Shown here piece by piece: positions 49,496 through 59,330 of a stretch of 64,000 bases of DNA. Position 1 is the first letter of the stretch. Each line of letters starts with the position of its first letter. The position numbers and the translations under genes were made by a program. The stretch lies in NCBI GenBank assembly GCA_038861545.1, contig JAWCCZ010000004.1, positions 160,001 to 224,000 of the forward strand, given 5' to 3'. Under the pieces are notes generated by a model, which saw only the letters and a program-made list of their open reading frames with translations, did no database searches and was not told the origin of the DNA. This DNA comes from Thermofilaceae archaeon. GTDB taxonomy: Archaea > Thermoproteota > Thermoprotei > Thermofilales > Thermofilaceae.

Positions 49496-50836
49496 GTGAT
49501 ACCCTTGTCAGCTCGGCGTTTTGAACGGATAGGTGCACACTCTCATATTAAGGGGTTAGGAGTTAAAGATGGGAAGCCACAACAGGTTGCTGACGGCTTT
49601 GTTGGCCAAGTGGAAGCTAGACGCGCCGCTTACATAGTTGTTCAAATGATTAAAGCTGGTAGAATGGCTGGACGGGGTATACTTTTAGCCGGTCCCCCTG
49701 GTACTGGAAAAACGGCCTTAGCTGTAGCTATTGCGCGCGAACTGGGTGAAGATACTCCATTCGTAGCGATCTCTGGCTCTGAGATATACAGTGCTGAGGT
49801 TAAAAAGACAGAAGTTTTAATGAGAGCCATTAGAAGTGCTCTAGGCGCTAGGATAAGAGAGTATAGACGAGTTTACGAGGGTATGGTTAAGAAGCTAGAA
49901 GTAAAGTTTGATAGGCATCCGTATAACCCTTGGACACAGGTGCCTGTTGAAGGTATAGTTACGCTAAAGACTAGCAATGAGGAACGTACGTTTACAGTGG
50001 ATGGGAGCGTGATCTCCGAAATGCTTTCCAAGAGTATTTCGGAGGGGGATGTTGTTTGGATCGACGCTGAAACAGGAAGAGTTTATAAGTTGGGGCGAGC
50101 TAGTTCAGCTGAACGGAAATATGATCTCGGCTCTTCTAAACTGGTTGAAATTCCTAACGGCCCGATACTTAAAGAGAAGGAATTCGTGCACACTGTTACA
50201 TTACATGAATTAGATTTGATGAACTTGCGTAGCGGGAGCCTATTTTCAATGCTATTCGGAGGAGGAGAAGAAAGGGAGATATCACCAGACGTGCGAAGAT
50301 CAGTTGACGAAACTGTAAAGAAATGGATCGATGAAGGTAGAGCAGAGTTACTACCGGGCGTCCTATTCATAGACGACGTCCATATGTTGGATATAGAAGC
50401 TTTCAGCTTTTTATCACGAGCAATGGAAAATGAACTCGCACCGATACTGGTTTTAGCTAGTAATAGAGGCTTTGCGAAGATAAGGGGCACAGACTACGAA
50501 TCACCGCACGGCATTCCGCTTGACCTCCTAGACAGGCTTCTTATAATAGAAACTAAACCTTACACTAAAGATGAAATCAGAGAAGTACTACGCATTAGGG
50601 CTAGAGAGGAAGGAGTAGAGCTTGATGAAGAGGCACTTGAGCGGCTCACTGAGATAGGAACTGAGCGTAGTCTCCGTTATGCAGCACAGTTATTGACGCC
50701 CAGTAAGATAATCGCCGAGGAAAGAGGAAGTAAAAATGTAGATGCTGAAATTGTAAAGTATGCCGCCTCGCTGTTTGTCAGCGTGAAAGAATCTTCCGCT
50801 TACCTGAAGGAGTACGAGGAGAAGTTTTTAAGATAG
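49496..50836 (+). CDS. TIP49/RuvB-like AAA+ ATPase
   Basis: RIGAHSHIKGLG, GPPGTGKT, SEIYS.EVKKTE, IDDVHMLD, PHGIP.DLLDR, SLRYA. Confidence 0.95.
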   Translation: MIPLSARRFERIGAHSHIKGLGVKDGKPQQVADGFVGQVEARRAAYIVVQMIKAGRMAGRGILLAGPPGTGKTALAVAIARELGEDTPFVAISGSEIYSAEVKKTEVLMRAIRSALGARIREYRRVYEGMVKKLEVKFDRHPYNPWTQVPVEGIVTLKTSNEERTFTVDGSVISEMLSKSISEGDVVWIDAETGRVYKLGRASSAERKYDLGSSKLVEIPNGPILKEKEFVHTVTLHELDLMNLRSGSLFSMLFGGGEEREISPDVRRSVDETVKKWIDEGRAELLPGVLFIDDVHMLDIEAFSFLSRAMENELAPILVLASNRGFAKIRGTDYESPHGIPLDLLDRLLIIETKPYTKDEIREVLRIRAREEGVELDEEALERLTEIGTERSLRYAAQLLTPSKIIAEERGSKNVDAEIVKYAASLFVSVKESSAYLKEYEEKFLR

Positions 50837-51248
50837 AATAGCACTGAATGGCGGACAATATAATAATTAACTGCGCTACATCTAGCCTATAGAAACTCCC
50901 TTCATTTGCCTCAACCAAGTTGACTAATGGTAAAACTTTGACAGTCAAACCGTTTTGTACCTCTATTGAGACCATTGCATAGTAAGCGACAGTAATAGCT
51001 ATAGCGCTTGTTAACATAATCCAGTTGGCGAGTGCCCGTTTGCTGGATGAGAAGAGAGATGATATAATCCATACAATAATCATTATGGTGCCTACGCGCC
51101 ATGGTGCATACCACGGGTAGGAAGTAACGAATCTATATTTGCTTAGGTAATCTTCAAGGGGGCTTGAAACGGCTAGGCCGGCAATAGTTACCGTCACGAC
51201 GGTAGCCATTAAGGCATGCCTTACCTTTTTAAACTGTATATACTTCAT
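50778..51248 (-). CDS. Membrane protein
   Basis: 3-4 hydrophobic segments; 4-bp overlap with the upstream gene. Confidence 0.6.
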   Translation of the reverse strand: MKYIQFKKVRHALMATVVTVTIAGLAVSSPLEDYLSKYRFVTSYPWYAPWRVGTIMIIVWIISSLFSSSKRALANWIMLTSAIAITVAYYAMVSIEVQNGLTVKVLPLVNLVEANEGSFYRLDVAQLIIILSAIQCYSILKTSPRTPSGKRKILSR

Positions 51249-52009
51249 TCGTATACCACCTTTGTACCTACTCCTGTTAATTCCTCTAATTCAAAAGCTT
51301 TAGCTATCTTCTCTCGAGCCTCTATAGAGGTTGAATGAAGCGGAACTACGTTGGCTTTTCGAAGCTTAGCAAACTTTACCAACAATCTCAGACCGTAAGC
51401 ATCGAAGGAGCTTAAGTTAAAGCCTCCTATAATGCCTATCAGCTTGCCATTCAGCTTCTGTAAAGCTTTATCAATAGCCTGCAACGCTATATCTATCCCG
51501 TAGACTGAACAAGCGATGAACGCCACATAGCCCCTGAAGGTCCTAATTAGAACAGCCCTTTCGTTATAGATTGGTGATTGAAAAGGTACTAAAACTACTG
51601 GAATCCCTGTTAGTTGTTCCATCATATAGTATTTAGTTTTCGGTAGCGGGGGGAGGTAAAACGCTTCAATCTTCTTACTTCGCGTTAAATAAAGAAAAGC
51701 ACATACATGATGCGAACTCCACAGTGCAGCGATCGCCGCATCTACATTACTCAAATTCACACATAAAACCTCTGCGTTATGTATTAGTACATCCAGAAGC
51801 GGACCTCCGTCGAGTAGTAGCCTGAGCCTACTTCCTTCATCTAGATGAAGCTCAGCTAGGATGCCGATACCATGCGCCGGGAACGCGCCGGCTTCAGCGC
51901 CTCTATCGGATATAAGATCGTCTACAAGGACTGTTAAATCAAGTCCCAGCGCTGCGCTCAACGTCTTCACCGGTTTCCGATTCAATGTCTTCCATGTATT
52001 GTTTAACAA
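51245..52009 (-). CDS. Metallo-beta-lactamase-fold protein (COG1237-like) with degenerate metal motifs
   Basis: LTVLVDD, AHG, LLDGG, IIGGF, PLHST. Confidence 0.6.
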   Translation of the reverse strand: MLNNTWKTLNRKPVKTLSAALGLDLTVLVDDLISDRGAEAGAFPAHGIGILAELHLDEGSRLRLLLDGGPLLDVLIHNAEVLCVNLSNVDAAIAALWSSHHVCAFLYLTRSKKIEAFYLPPLPKTKYYMMEQLTGIPVVLVPFQSPIYNERAVLIRTFRGYVAFIACSVYGIDIALQAIDKALQKLNGKLIGIIGGFNLSSFDAYGLRLLVKFAKLRKANVVPLHSTSIEAREKIAKAFELEELTGVGTKVVYE

Positions 52010-52346
52010 AATCTTCTACCTCACTTAACCTCTGCCTTTGTGATGCTAAAAACTTTGATCCTTTTTCTGTCAATACGTAATAATCCCTGTAAAGCTCAGT
52101 ATAAATCGGGCCAACAATGTAAAGTGGTTTAACTAATCCCTCCTTTACCAACTCTTTAAGTCGATCATCAACTAGCAGAGAAAAGGGTTGAGACCCGAAA
52201 AAAGTCAGTTTCTCTTTCAAATTTAAGTTATTAGAAGTTAAATGATATAAATACTTATGTAGAAGCCTCCTTTCTATGGGTTTACTTTTGTATTTAAGTA
52301 CAAGTAATATCAGGCAATCAACGTCTTGGGGGGAACCGTTAACCAT
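51939..52346 (-). CDS. YwgA/SocA-like winged-helix protein
   Basis: LLHKYLY, PFS..V.D.L..L...GLV, Y.LTEKG. Confidence 0.6.
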   Translation of the reverse strand: MVNGSPQDVDCLILLVLKYKSKPIERRLLHKYLYHLTSNNLNLKEKLTFFGSQPFSLLVDDRLKELVKEGLVKPLYIVGPIYTELYRDYYVLTEKGSKFLASQRQRLSEVEDFVKQYMEDIESETGEDVERSAGT

Positions 52347-52626
52347 ACCGCAAGTCAGCCAAACGATTGAGGTATTAAAAAACTTATGTGAAATTTGCCA
52401 TGAAAGAGAAGCGACTAGAATCTGTAAAATATGTGGTAGGAAGACATGTAATGAGCATTGGGGAAAGGAAATGTGTAGAATATGTGAAGCAACTATATGT
52501 GAAAGTTGCGGCGAGAAGCTGTCCTTAGGTTACTGCACTGTATGTGGGAAACTTGTTTGTGCTTCCTGCTCGAAGGAAATCGGCGCAGCTGTAATTTGTT
52601 TACAATGTCATTCCAAGTTAACCTAG
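52276..52626 (+). CDS. Multi-zinc-finger small protein (true start likely near 52366-52385)
   Basis: Tandem CxxC/CxxH pairs: CEIC, CKIC, CNEH, CRIC, CESC, CTVC, CASC, CLQC. Confidence 0.75.
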   Translation: MGLLLYLSTSNIRQSTSWGEPLTIPQVSQTIEVLKNLCEICHEREATRICKICGRKTCNEHWGKEMCRICEATICESCGEKLSLGYCTVCGKLVCASCSKEIGAAVICLQCHSKLT

Positions 52627-52632
52627 CTAGAC

Positions 52633-53256
52633 CTAAACTAAGGAAACTTCATAACGAGGAGAAAAACGTGAGGGTTCTTTTACCACGCGGATACCTGCAT
52701 AGTCAGCTAGCCATAGTTTCAAGCTGTAGTTTTCAAGCTTGTAGCCAGCTGCTTTTAACTCTCTTTTTAATAGCCTCAATAAGTACTCGATACATGCTTT
52801 AATCCTAGCTCCCAGCTTTTCCAGCTCGTCTGCTTTTTCAATGTAAATCCCTAGTATCTTATAACTTACATACGTTCTGAAGTAATATATAGTGTAAACA
52901 AGTACAAGCGAAGTAGCTATAATGAAAAGAGCAATGGTAAAAATGACTGCGTTACTGTATGTGAAGGCAAAAATATAGACTACAATCGAACTGATTAGCA
53001 GAGCTATGTTAATAAAACTCAACTTTCTTGAAATTTTATCCATCTTCGAGATCTTTCTATAATTTTCAGAAGTTGTTGGAAGCTTAAGAATAGCCTCCAT
53101 GTCGCTTTTTAACTCATCCCATGGGTAAGGGAGCCTTACATTTAGTTCTCGGAATAGCCGTTCAACTTTGCTGAGATCCGTAACACGCCCAACCCTAAAG
53201 CCGTCCAAGACCTCTATAAGCGATCTTAGCCTTCTAGCTTTCTCAACGCTATCCAT
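52633..53256 (-). CDS. Two-TM membrane protein
   Basis: Central TM hairpin with basic flanks; ATG 53256 after GGTGG. Confidence 0.65.
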   Translation of the reverse strand: MDSVEKARRLRSLIEVLDGFRVGRVTDLSKVERLFRELNVRLPYPWDELKSDMEAILKLPTTSENYRKISKMDKISRKLSFINIALLISSIVVYIFAFTYSNAVIFTIALFIIATSLVLVYTIYYFRTYVSYKILGIYIEKADELEKLGARIKACIEYLLRLLKRELKAAGYKLENYSLKLWLADYAGIRVVKEPSRFSPRYEVSLV

Positions 53257-53866
53257 GTAACCACCTTTCAAGCCCTCTTCCCTCTCCAATTAATTCCCCA
53301 AGGAAACAGAAGTCATCTTCTATTAAGCTCCTCAAGCGTGGGTTATACAGCGCCGCAGCTGGATGTAGGGTCGGCAGCAGCATAAATTCGTTTCCACTAA
53401 AAATCACCCTTTTCACCTCGCCCCTTACTTGCATAATAGAGGAAAAACTCAAACCGGCCAGCTGAAAAAATAGGCGAGTGCTATGCCTTCCTAAGCTCAC
53501 AACTATTTTAGGTTCGATTGCTTTAAGCTGAGCTAGTAGGTAGGACTCACAGGCAGCAACTTCAGAATCCTCAGGATCCCTATTACTGGGAGGCCTGCAT
53601 TTCACAACGTTTGTTATAAACACTTTTTGCCTACTTAGCCCAGCTACTTTGAGCAAGTCGTTTAACAGATTACCTGCAGCTCCAACAAAAGGTTTCCCCT
53701 GCAGGTCCTCGTTAAAGCCGGGTGCCTCGCCAACTAGCATAACATTGGTACACGGGTCTCCTTCTCCTGGTACTGCGTGAGTTCTATAGGCTTGAAGCGG
53801 GCAACGAGTGCATCTACGCACCTCTTCCGCTATTTGATCAAGAATTGATTTTCTCGTTTCGCACAT
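53249..53866 (-). CDS. Family 4 uracil-DNA glycosylase
   Basis: CTRCPL, GEAPG..ED, PFVG, NVVKCRPP, HPAA. Confidence 0.93.
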   Translation of the reverse strand: MCETRKSILDQIAEEVRRCTRCPLQAYRTHAVPGEGDPCTNVMLVGEAPGFNEDLQGKPFVGAAGNLLNDLLKVAGLSRQKVFITNVVKCRPPSNRDPEDSEVAACESYLLAQLKAIEPKIVVSLGRHSTRLFFQLAGLSFSSIMQVRGEVKRVIFSGNEFMLLPTLHPAAALYNPRLRSLIEDDFCFLGELIGEGRGLERWLHG

Positions 53867-54290
53867 TTAAGTGCACCTCTAGTAAACCATCTTTCCCTTT
53901 AACAATTATTCTTGCCGTTTTCCCCTGTATCTGCTCTTTTAGTTTTAATGGATCGGGTGAAGGTTTATCCATTAGGGGTACCCCCCCGAGCATGCAGCCA
54001 ATGATTATTATCGGCTCGCTTTGTAGGTTAATTATTCCAGCTGGCGCTTTACCTTTTTTAGCAAGCCTGAGCAATATGTACGACCCCACTGTACTTCCTT
54101 TACCATGGGGAAATACCAGTAATCGTCCAGATATACTTTCACCATGGAGTTCATGTCCTTTCTCGACTATTTTACCTGAATCGGGATCGACTCCACCATA
54201 AAAAGAAATTGGCTCTTCGCTGAGTAGCAAGGGGGCCGTTGCTCTGCCTTCAACTAAACCTCTGCCATGCACTTTAATTAACTGTTCCAC
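53838..54290 (-). CDS. Aconitase X swivel subunit (phosphomevalonate dehydratase small subunit)
   Basis: ISFYGGVDP..G, FPHGKGSTVGS. Confidence 0.9.
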   Translation of the reverse strand: MEQLIKVHGRGLVEGRATAPLLLSEEPISFYGGVDPDSGKIVEKGHELHGESISGRLLVFPHGKGSTVGSYILLRLAKKGKAPAGIINLQSEPIIIIGCMLGGVPLMDKPSPDPLKLKEQIQGKTARIIVKGKDGLLEVHLNVRNEKINS

Positions 54291-54364
54291 GTGAACTCAC
54301 CTAAGCCGTTTCAATAACAGTACTCTTTAATGTTAATTTACGTTTAATAACGATACACATCAGG

Positions 54365-55549
54365 CTAGGAGAGGATATTATCTATTAAAACCTCGCGAGG
54401 GATTAAAGAAACACTGTAGCCCTGACTGCTTAGATAATACGCAGCCTTAGCAGAATCCGTCGAGCATGAAAAAATACCCATTCTCCTCAAATCGCATACC
54501 ACCATGCATGTATCGGCGTATATTTTTATTCCAGATTCTCGAAGTTTCTGAACTACCCAAGGCACTTTGGATATGCAAGATCTCGAAGTGAAAAAGATTG
54601 CCTGACACTTGACTCGTCTACCTTTTATGCGTGTATACAGTTCAGTCAATTCACTAGGAGATAAATGAGGACACCCTAAAACTATAGCATCCGATTCCTC
54701 TACGTTCCATTTACTTGCAGCTTCTTGCAAGTCTTTCACCCCTAAGCGTATGGCCTCTACCTCCCTTGACGGCTTAAACTCGGGAGACACCCCCTCAATT
54801 AGTAGTAAACCCACAGAGCTTGAGGCCCCAACCGCTGAAAGAAACAACCTTTGTAGTTTTGGTTCACGTAGTCCAACTGGAGGATTCAGTAGAACTGGAA
54901 CTCCGGATTTGATTAAATCCCCTATCACATATCCGAGAAGAGAGTACCAGCCTCTTCTCTCCACCTCTCGCTTAACTTCGCTTAAGTCGACAGATATCGT
55001 TGGTAGCCGACCCTCCGTGGTATGGAGACCTGTATGCGGTGCCCGGCCCACAATAGCCTCTAGGAGTGCTAGCGGTCCCCCTTCACGGTTCGTCCTAGCT
55101 CCCAACATGCTATTTGCATATAAAACCGCATTGCTCTCAGCCCAAGCGAGGTGCTCTCCAAACCTTGGAGGCGAGTACAAGTAGGGTGTGCATGTAAGTG
55201 TAACACGTGCACCCATACGTTTAAAAGCTTTAAGGACGCGCAGCTGTAAACTGTAGATTTCATCGCTTACCCCCATATCCCGATAATTAATTATGTCAAA
55301 ACCCGCGGGGTTAAGCGTCGTTGTAACTGAGAACCCTAACCCATTTCCGGATATTTTCTCAATGAACTCAACCCCCTCTAAACCTAAGTTCTTGTAGGAT
55401 ATACCCGATATATGTGCACTTGAGATTTTTACAAGCCTATCAGCTTCGAGAACCTCCGCTACTTTAACAACGGTTTGCATGGCCTTAGCTAACCACTCTC
55501 CTTTCTCTCCACTAAGGATACGCTCTTCATCCCTAGTTAGCTCAACCAC
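54365..55549 (-). CDS. Aconitase X catalytic subunit (phosphomevalonate dehydratase large subunit)
   Basis: AHISGISY, TCTPY, AWAESNA, GARTNREG, GCPH, DTCMVV, TDSAK. Confidence 0.9.
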   Translation of the reverse strand: MVELTRDEERILSGEKGEWLAKAMQTVVKVAEVLEADRLVKISSAHISGISYKNLGLEGVEFIEKISGNGLGFSVTTTLNPAGFDIINYRDMGVSDEIYSLQLRVLKAFKRMGARVTLTCTPYLYSPPRFGEHLAWAESNAVLYANSMLGARTNREGGPLALLEAIVGRAPHTGLHTTEGRLPTISVDLSEVKREVERRGWYSLLGYVIGDLIKSGVPVLLNPPVGLREPKLQRLFLSAVGASSSVGLLLIEGVSPEFKPSREVEAIRLGVKDLQEAASKWNVEESDAIVLGCPHLSPSELTELYTRIKGRRVKCQAIFFTSRSCISKVPWVVQKLRESGIKIYADTCMVVCDLRRMGIFSCSTDSAKAAYYLSSQGYSVSLIPREVLIDNILS

Positions 55550-55660
55550 TGCTGCCTATGCTGAAATCTGAACGTATAATGTTTTTCGCTTACCAGCAGA
55601 TAATTAACTTTCGCTCTATTAATCGTCCGAAACCTTTAAGTCAGCAGAACGTACGTCGAT

Positions 55661-56686
55661 TTGGTATCAATGAGCAAACGGGAAAGGCCCCAGGTAGAGG
55701 ATGAGGAGGGATTTGACAATGCGAGCGAAGGAGATACTAGCTTGGAAGAATTGGAGCTCGAAGATCTCGAAGGAGTGGGAAGAATTACTGCTCAGAAGTT
55801 AAAGCAGGCTGGTTTCTTTTCAATAAAAGACATAGCTTTCGCATCTGCCCACGACCTTGCCGAGATTTTAGGTTCGGAAGAACGAGCGATGAGTGTTATT
55901 CGATCAGCTCAGAAACTGCTTGGCTACGGTAAAATCTTTGTTACAGCCAGAGAATTTTACGAAGAGCGAAAGAATATCGCCTATATTTCAACCGGAGTGA
56001 AGGCTCTTGATGACCTACTCGAAGGCGGTATTGAAACAAGGGCTATCACAGAGCTTATAGGGGAGTTTGGGGCTGGTAAGACTCAGCTTTGTCATCAGCT
56101 TGCTGTTATGGTTCAGCTTCCCCGTGAGCGGGGTGGTTTATCAGGTAAAGCTCTCTACATTGACGCTGAAGGAACTTTTAGACCTGAACGCGTAATCAGT
56201 ATTGCAAGATACAGAGGCATAGACCCAGAAAAAACACTTGAAAATATCGTTTATGCTAGAGCCTATAACAGCGACCATCAGATGCTCATAATCGACGAAG
56301 CAAAGAAAATAGTGGAGGAGGAAAGCATTAAAATAGTACTCATAGATAGTTTAATCACACATTTTAGGGCTGAGTATCCTGGGAGAGAGAACCTTGCGGC
56401 TAGGCAACAGAAACTGAACAAACATATAATGCAGCTGGCAAGGCTGGCAGCGATATATGATCTTGCAGTGGTGGTAACAAATCAGGTGATGGCCGCACCA
56501 GATGTGTTTTTCGGCAACCCTCTTAAGCCGGCAGGAGGGAACATCGTAGCCCATGGCTGTACATATAGGTTATGGTTAAGGAAAGGGAGAGAAGGAAAGA
56601 GAATAGCTAGGATTATAGATTCGCCTAAACATGCCGAGAAAGAAGCAGTTTTCGCGATAGCTGAGGAGGGGGTTATAGATGCTTAA
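55661..56686 (+). CDS. radA: DNA repair and recombination protein RadA (no intein)
   Basis: Hh[36 protein letters not shown]. Confidence 0.96.
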   Translation: MVSMSKRERPQVEDEEGFDNASEGDTSLEELELEDLEGVGRITAQKLKQAGFFSIKDIAFASAHDLAEILGSEERAMSVIRSAQKLLGYGKIFVTAREFYEERKNIAYISTGVKALDDLLEGGIETRAITELIGEFGAGKTQLCHQLAVMVQLPRERGGLSGKALYIDAEGTFRPERVISIARYRGIDPEKTLENIVYARAYNSDHQMLIIDEAKKIVEEESIKIVLIDSLITHFRAEYPGRENLAARQQKLNKHIMQLARLAAIYDLAVVVTNQVMAAPDVFFGNPLKPAGGNIVAHGCTYRLWLRKGREGKRIARIIDSPKHAEKEAVFAIAEEGVIDA

Positions 56687-58002
56687 GCTGGCTTTATTGA
56701 AGTAGTCCCACCCTCTTGAGCGTTATTTGAAGTAGTGAAAACTTCTATGCGGTAAACCAGTGGTTGAAAACCATGGTAAATTAACTCCTCTAGCAAGCCT
56801 TTACTGCTCAGCAGTTTATCGTTGACAAACACGATCTCCTTTTCAATATATGCCCTACCACCATCTTTCTTAATTACCCACATCACTTGGGCTTTTTTAT
56901 CTAAGGCATACATCTTCATAAGGGAGCAAACTTTTTCACCGACTTTCTCGCTTTTACAAGCAAACAAATACTCACTAAAGGCAACTAAGCTACTAGCTCC
57001 TTCAGAGTAATATTCTGCAACCCTATCCTTCGGAAGCACAACAACTTTCCTCCCATCCTGCTCTATCACCTCCTTTAACCTTCGCAGCAGTATGTATTCG
57101 ACAAAATCCTCGTAAGACTCTTCATTCCTGAGCGTAGATACTGGAACATAGAAGGTTTCATTAAGCATCTCCTTGTTTGTATCGGAAATTATTACATGTG
57201 TCTTCTCTGAATCCCTGCTGACCCTTTGAAAACCTAAATCAAAACGATTTGCGCATCTTCTACACATTGTCCAGTCACCAGGTAAGTGGACCTTCTTTCC
57301 GCACCTGTTACACTTTTTCCAGACTCCGCCTATGAACCTCCACTCCACCGATACGCCTCCTTCCTTATTTACATTAACGATAGCATAGTTTCCAATAATT
57401 TTTCCATCCCTATCTACTCTATCCAGTCGAGCTACATTAATGTAAGTTACGCCATTATACTTTACGTGAATCCCGCCAAGAGCATGGCTGTGGCCGAATA
57501 TGTGCACAATAGGTTTATAATATGATAATAGATAATTGACCTCAGGTAGCCCCGCGTGGTGACTAATGAGAGAAGCCTCTAATTTTCCTCCCCTGTCAAG
57601 AATACTGAATGGTGGATAATGTGTAACTAAAATTATAGGTTTAGAGAAAAGCCCTTTAAAAGGTTTTAGTGAAGCTCCATGTCCTATGAGCAACATACCG
57701 TTAAGTTCGAGTGGCCCTAGGGCTTCTAAATCCGCTATTAATGGTTCTTCGTTAACGATCCCGGAAGGGGCATTAGCATCCCAGTTCCCTCTAATATAAA
57801 GAACGGGTTTACCTAGCTTTGATAACTCTCCGATCACTTGGATAAATGCCTCCTCTTTCTGGGGATTCCCAAGATCCCCTGCTATTATTATTGCGTCTAG
57901 AGACCTCAAAATATCTTGCCCAATGCTAGCTGTAAGGGCTTTTACAGATTCCGTTCTTCCATGGATATCTGACACACATAGCATGTTAACTTCATTCCTC
58001 AT
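56683..58002 (-). CDS. Metallophosphoesterase with a Zn finger and an extra C-terminal domain
   Basis: SDIHG, AGD, GNWD, THYPP, FGHSH; CNRC...CRRC. Confidence 0.8.
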   Translation of the reverse strand: MRNEVNMLCVSDIHGRTESVKALTASIGQDILRSLDAIIIAGDLGNPQKEEAFIQVIGELSKLGKPVLYIRGNWDANAPSGIVNEEPLIADLEALGPLELNGMLLIGHGASLKPFKGLFSKPIILVTHYPPFSILDRGGKLEASLISHHAGLPEVNYLLSYYKPIVHIFGHSHALGGIHVKYNGVTYINVARLDRVDRDGKIIGNYAIVNVNKEGGVSVEWRFIGGVWKKCNRCGKKVHLPGDWTMCRRCANRFDLGFQRVSRDSEKTHVIISDTNKEMLNETFYVPVSTLRNEESYEDFVEYILLRRLKEVIEQDGRKVVVLPKDRVAEYYSEGASSLVAFSEYLFACKSEKVGEKVCSLMKMYALDKKAQVMWVIKKDGGRAYIEKEIVFVNDKLLSSKGLLEELIYHGFQPLVYRIEVFTTSNNAQEGGTTSIKPA

Positions 58003-58095
58003 TGGTAAACCTCGTCGGCATGCCGCGACTACGCACTACCCTGGAGAACCATTCTAAAAATCTTCCTCACCCAGCGAAGCTATTTTACCCTCCTT

Positions 58096-59121
58096 ATGGT
58101 TGGCATTAGTGTGAAAATAAGCGTTGTAGTGCCTGCCTCTAACGTGTGCGAATCCTTGCACCGGCTGCTTTTAAGCTTAAATGAACAGAAGCTACAGCCA
58201 AGCGAGATTATAGTGGTTTTACCTAGACCTGTAAAATTAGATAAACTTAAAGAGATTATCCTTAAAGCTGAACCCGAAACCCGTGTAATCGAGCTTTCAA
58301 AGGATCCGGGTCCTATCAGAGCAAGGGTTTTCGGAGGCCTCATAGCTTCAAGTCCATTAGTAGCGTTCATCGATAGTGATTGTAAAGCTCCTCCGGAGTG
58401 GCTCGAAAAAATGGTAGCAGAGTTAACACAATGGAACGTCGAAGTAGTAGCCGGTTCAGTTAACGGAGCCAATATAGACAACTTCATAGCTAGGATGCAG
58501 GAAAGATCCATTATCACGCCGAACCCTAAACATAAGTATAAACTACTTAAAGACGACATAGGGCTGAACTTAATAGTTACAGCGAACATGCTTGTAAGAA
58601 AAGAGGTGCTTCTGGATGACGGAGTGGTTCCACCCAGCTATAAAAGGTACGGCTTCGAAGACCTAGACTTTGCAGTTCGTTTAACTAGGAATGGTTACAA
58701 GATTCTTTGCAGTCCGACAAGAGTTCTCCATTATAACAGAACCTCTTTCTCAGCTGTACTCAAGCGATACTACCAATATGGTCGAGGACTCCCCCTCTTT
58801 AGGAAAAGGGTAGGTAAATGTATTTACTCAAAAGTTGTATCCATGTTAGTTTACTTCTTTCTCATGATTTTAGTGTTAACGCTGACTTTACTAGTCTATA
58901 AACTGATTATGCATGCGATTACCGCTTTTTCACTTATAATTGTCCCGCTTTTAGCATACCACTTTTCTAAACTCAGCGATGGGGGATGGGAGCGCCTAAT
59001 ATACCCACTCACGGATCTAGCTCTGGCTACCGCTTCAGCAATTGGGGTACTTTGTATGGAATTTGAACTCTTGTTGAACAGGAGACATTATTGCATCCCA
59101 CTGCAGGACCTACGGTCGTAA
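58096..59121 (+). CDS. GT2 glycosyltransferase with C-terminal TM helices
   Basis: SVVVPA, FIDSD, FEDLDF..R. Confidence 0.87.
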   Translation: MVGISVKISVVVPASNVCESLHRLLLSLNEQKLQPSEIIVVLPRPVKLDKLKEIILKAEPETRVIELSKDPGPIRARVFGGLIASSPLVAFIDSDCKAPPEWLEKMVAELTQWNVEVVAGSVNGANIDNFIARMQERSIITPNPKHKYKLLKDDIGLNLIVTANMLVRKEVLLDDGVVPPSYKRYGFEDLDFAVRLTRNGYKILCSPTRVLHYNRTSFSAVLKRYYQYGRGLPLFRKRVGKCIYSKVVSMLVYFFLMILVLTLTLLVYKLIMHAITAFSLIIVPLLAYHFSKLSDGGWERLIYPLTDLALATASAIGVLCMEFELLLNRRHYCIPLQDLRS

Positions 59122-59154
59122 ACCATATATCCCCTCTAGGTAACCTCCACCTAA

Positions 59155-59257
59155 GCCCCGGTAGCTCAGCCTGGTTAGAGCGCCGGCCTCGTAAGCATGG
59201 GGCACAGCCGAGGACCAAGTCAGCCGGAGGACCCGGGTTCAAACCCCGGCCGGGGCT
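59155..59257 (+). tRNA. tRNA-Thr(CGU) with a 28-nt intron at 37/38 (59194-59221)
   Basis: GCCCCGG/CCGGGGC acceptor stem with U73, GCTC/GAGC D stem, CCGGC/GCCGG anticodon stem, CGT at 59190-92, CCGGG-TTCAAAC-CCCGG T arm; CCA not encoded. Confidence 0.92.
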
Positions 59258-59330
59258 TTCTTACAATTTTTACCTAGTAGGAAGTAACTTCCTACTTAAG
59301 CTTGGCCAGTTAAGCTACAATCTTTCCCTT

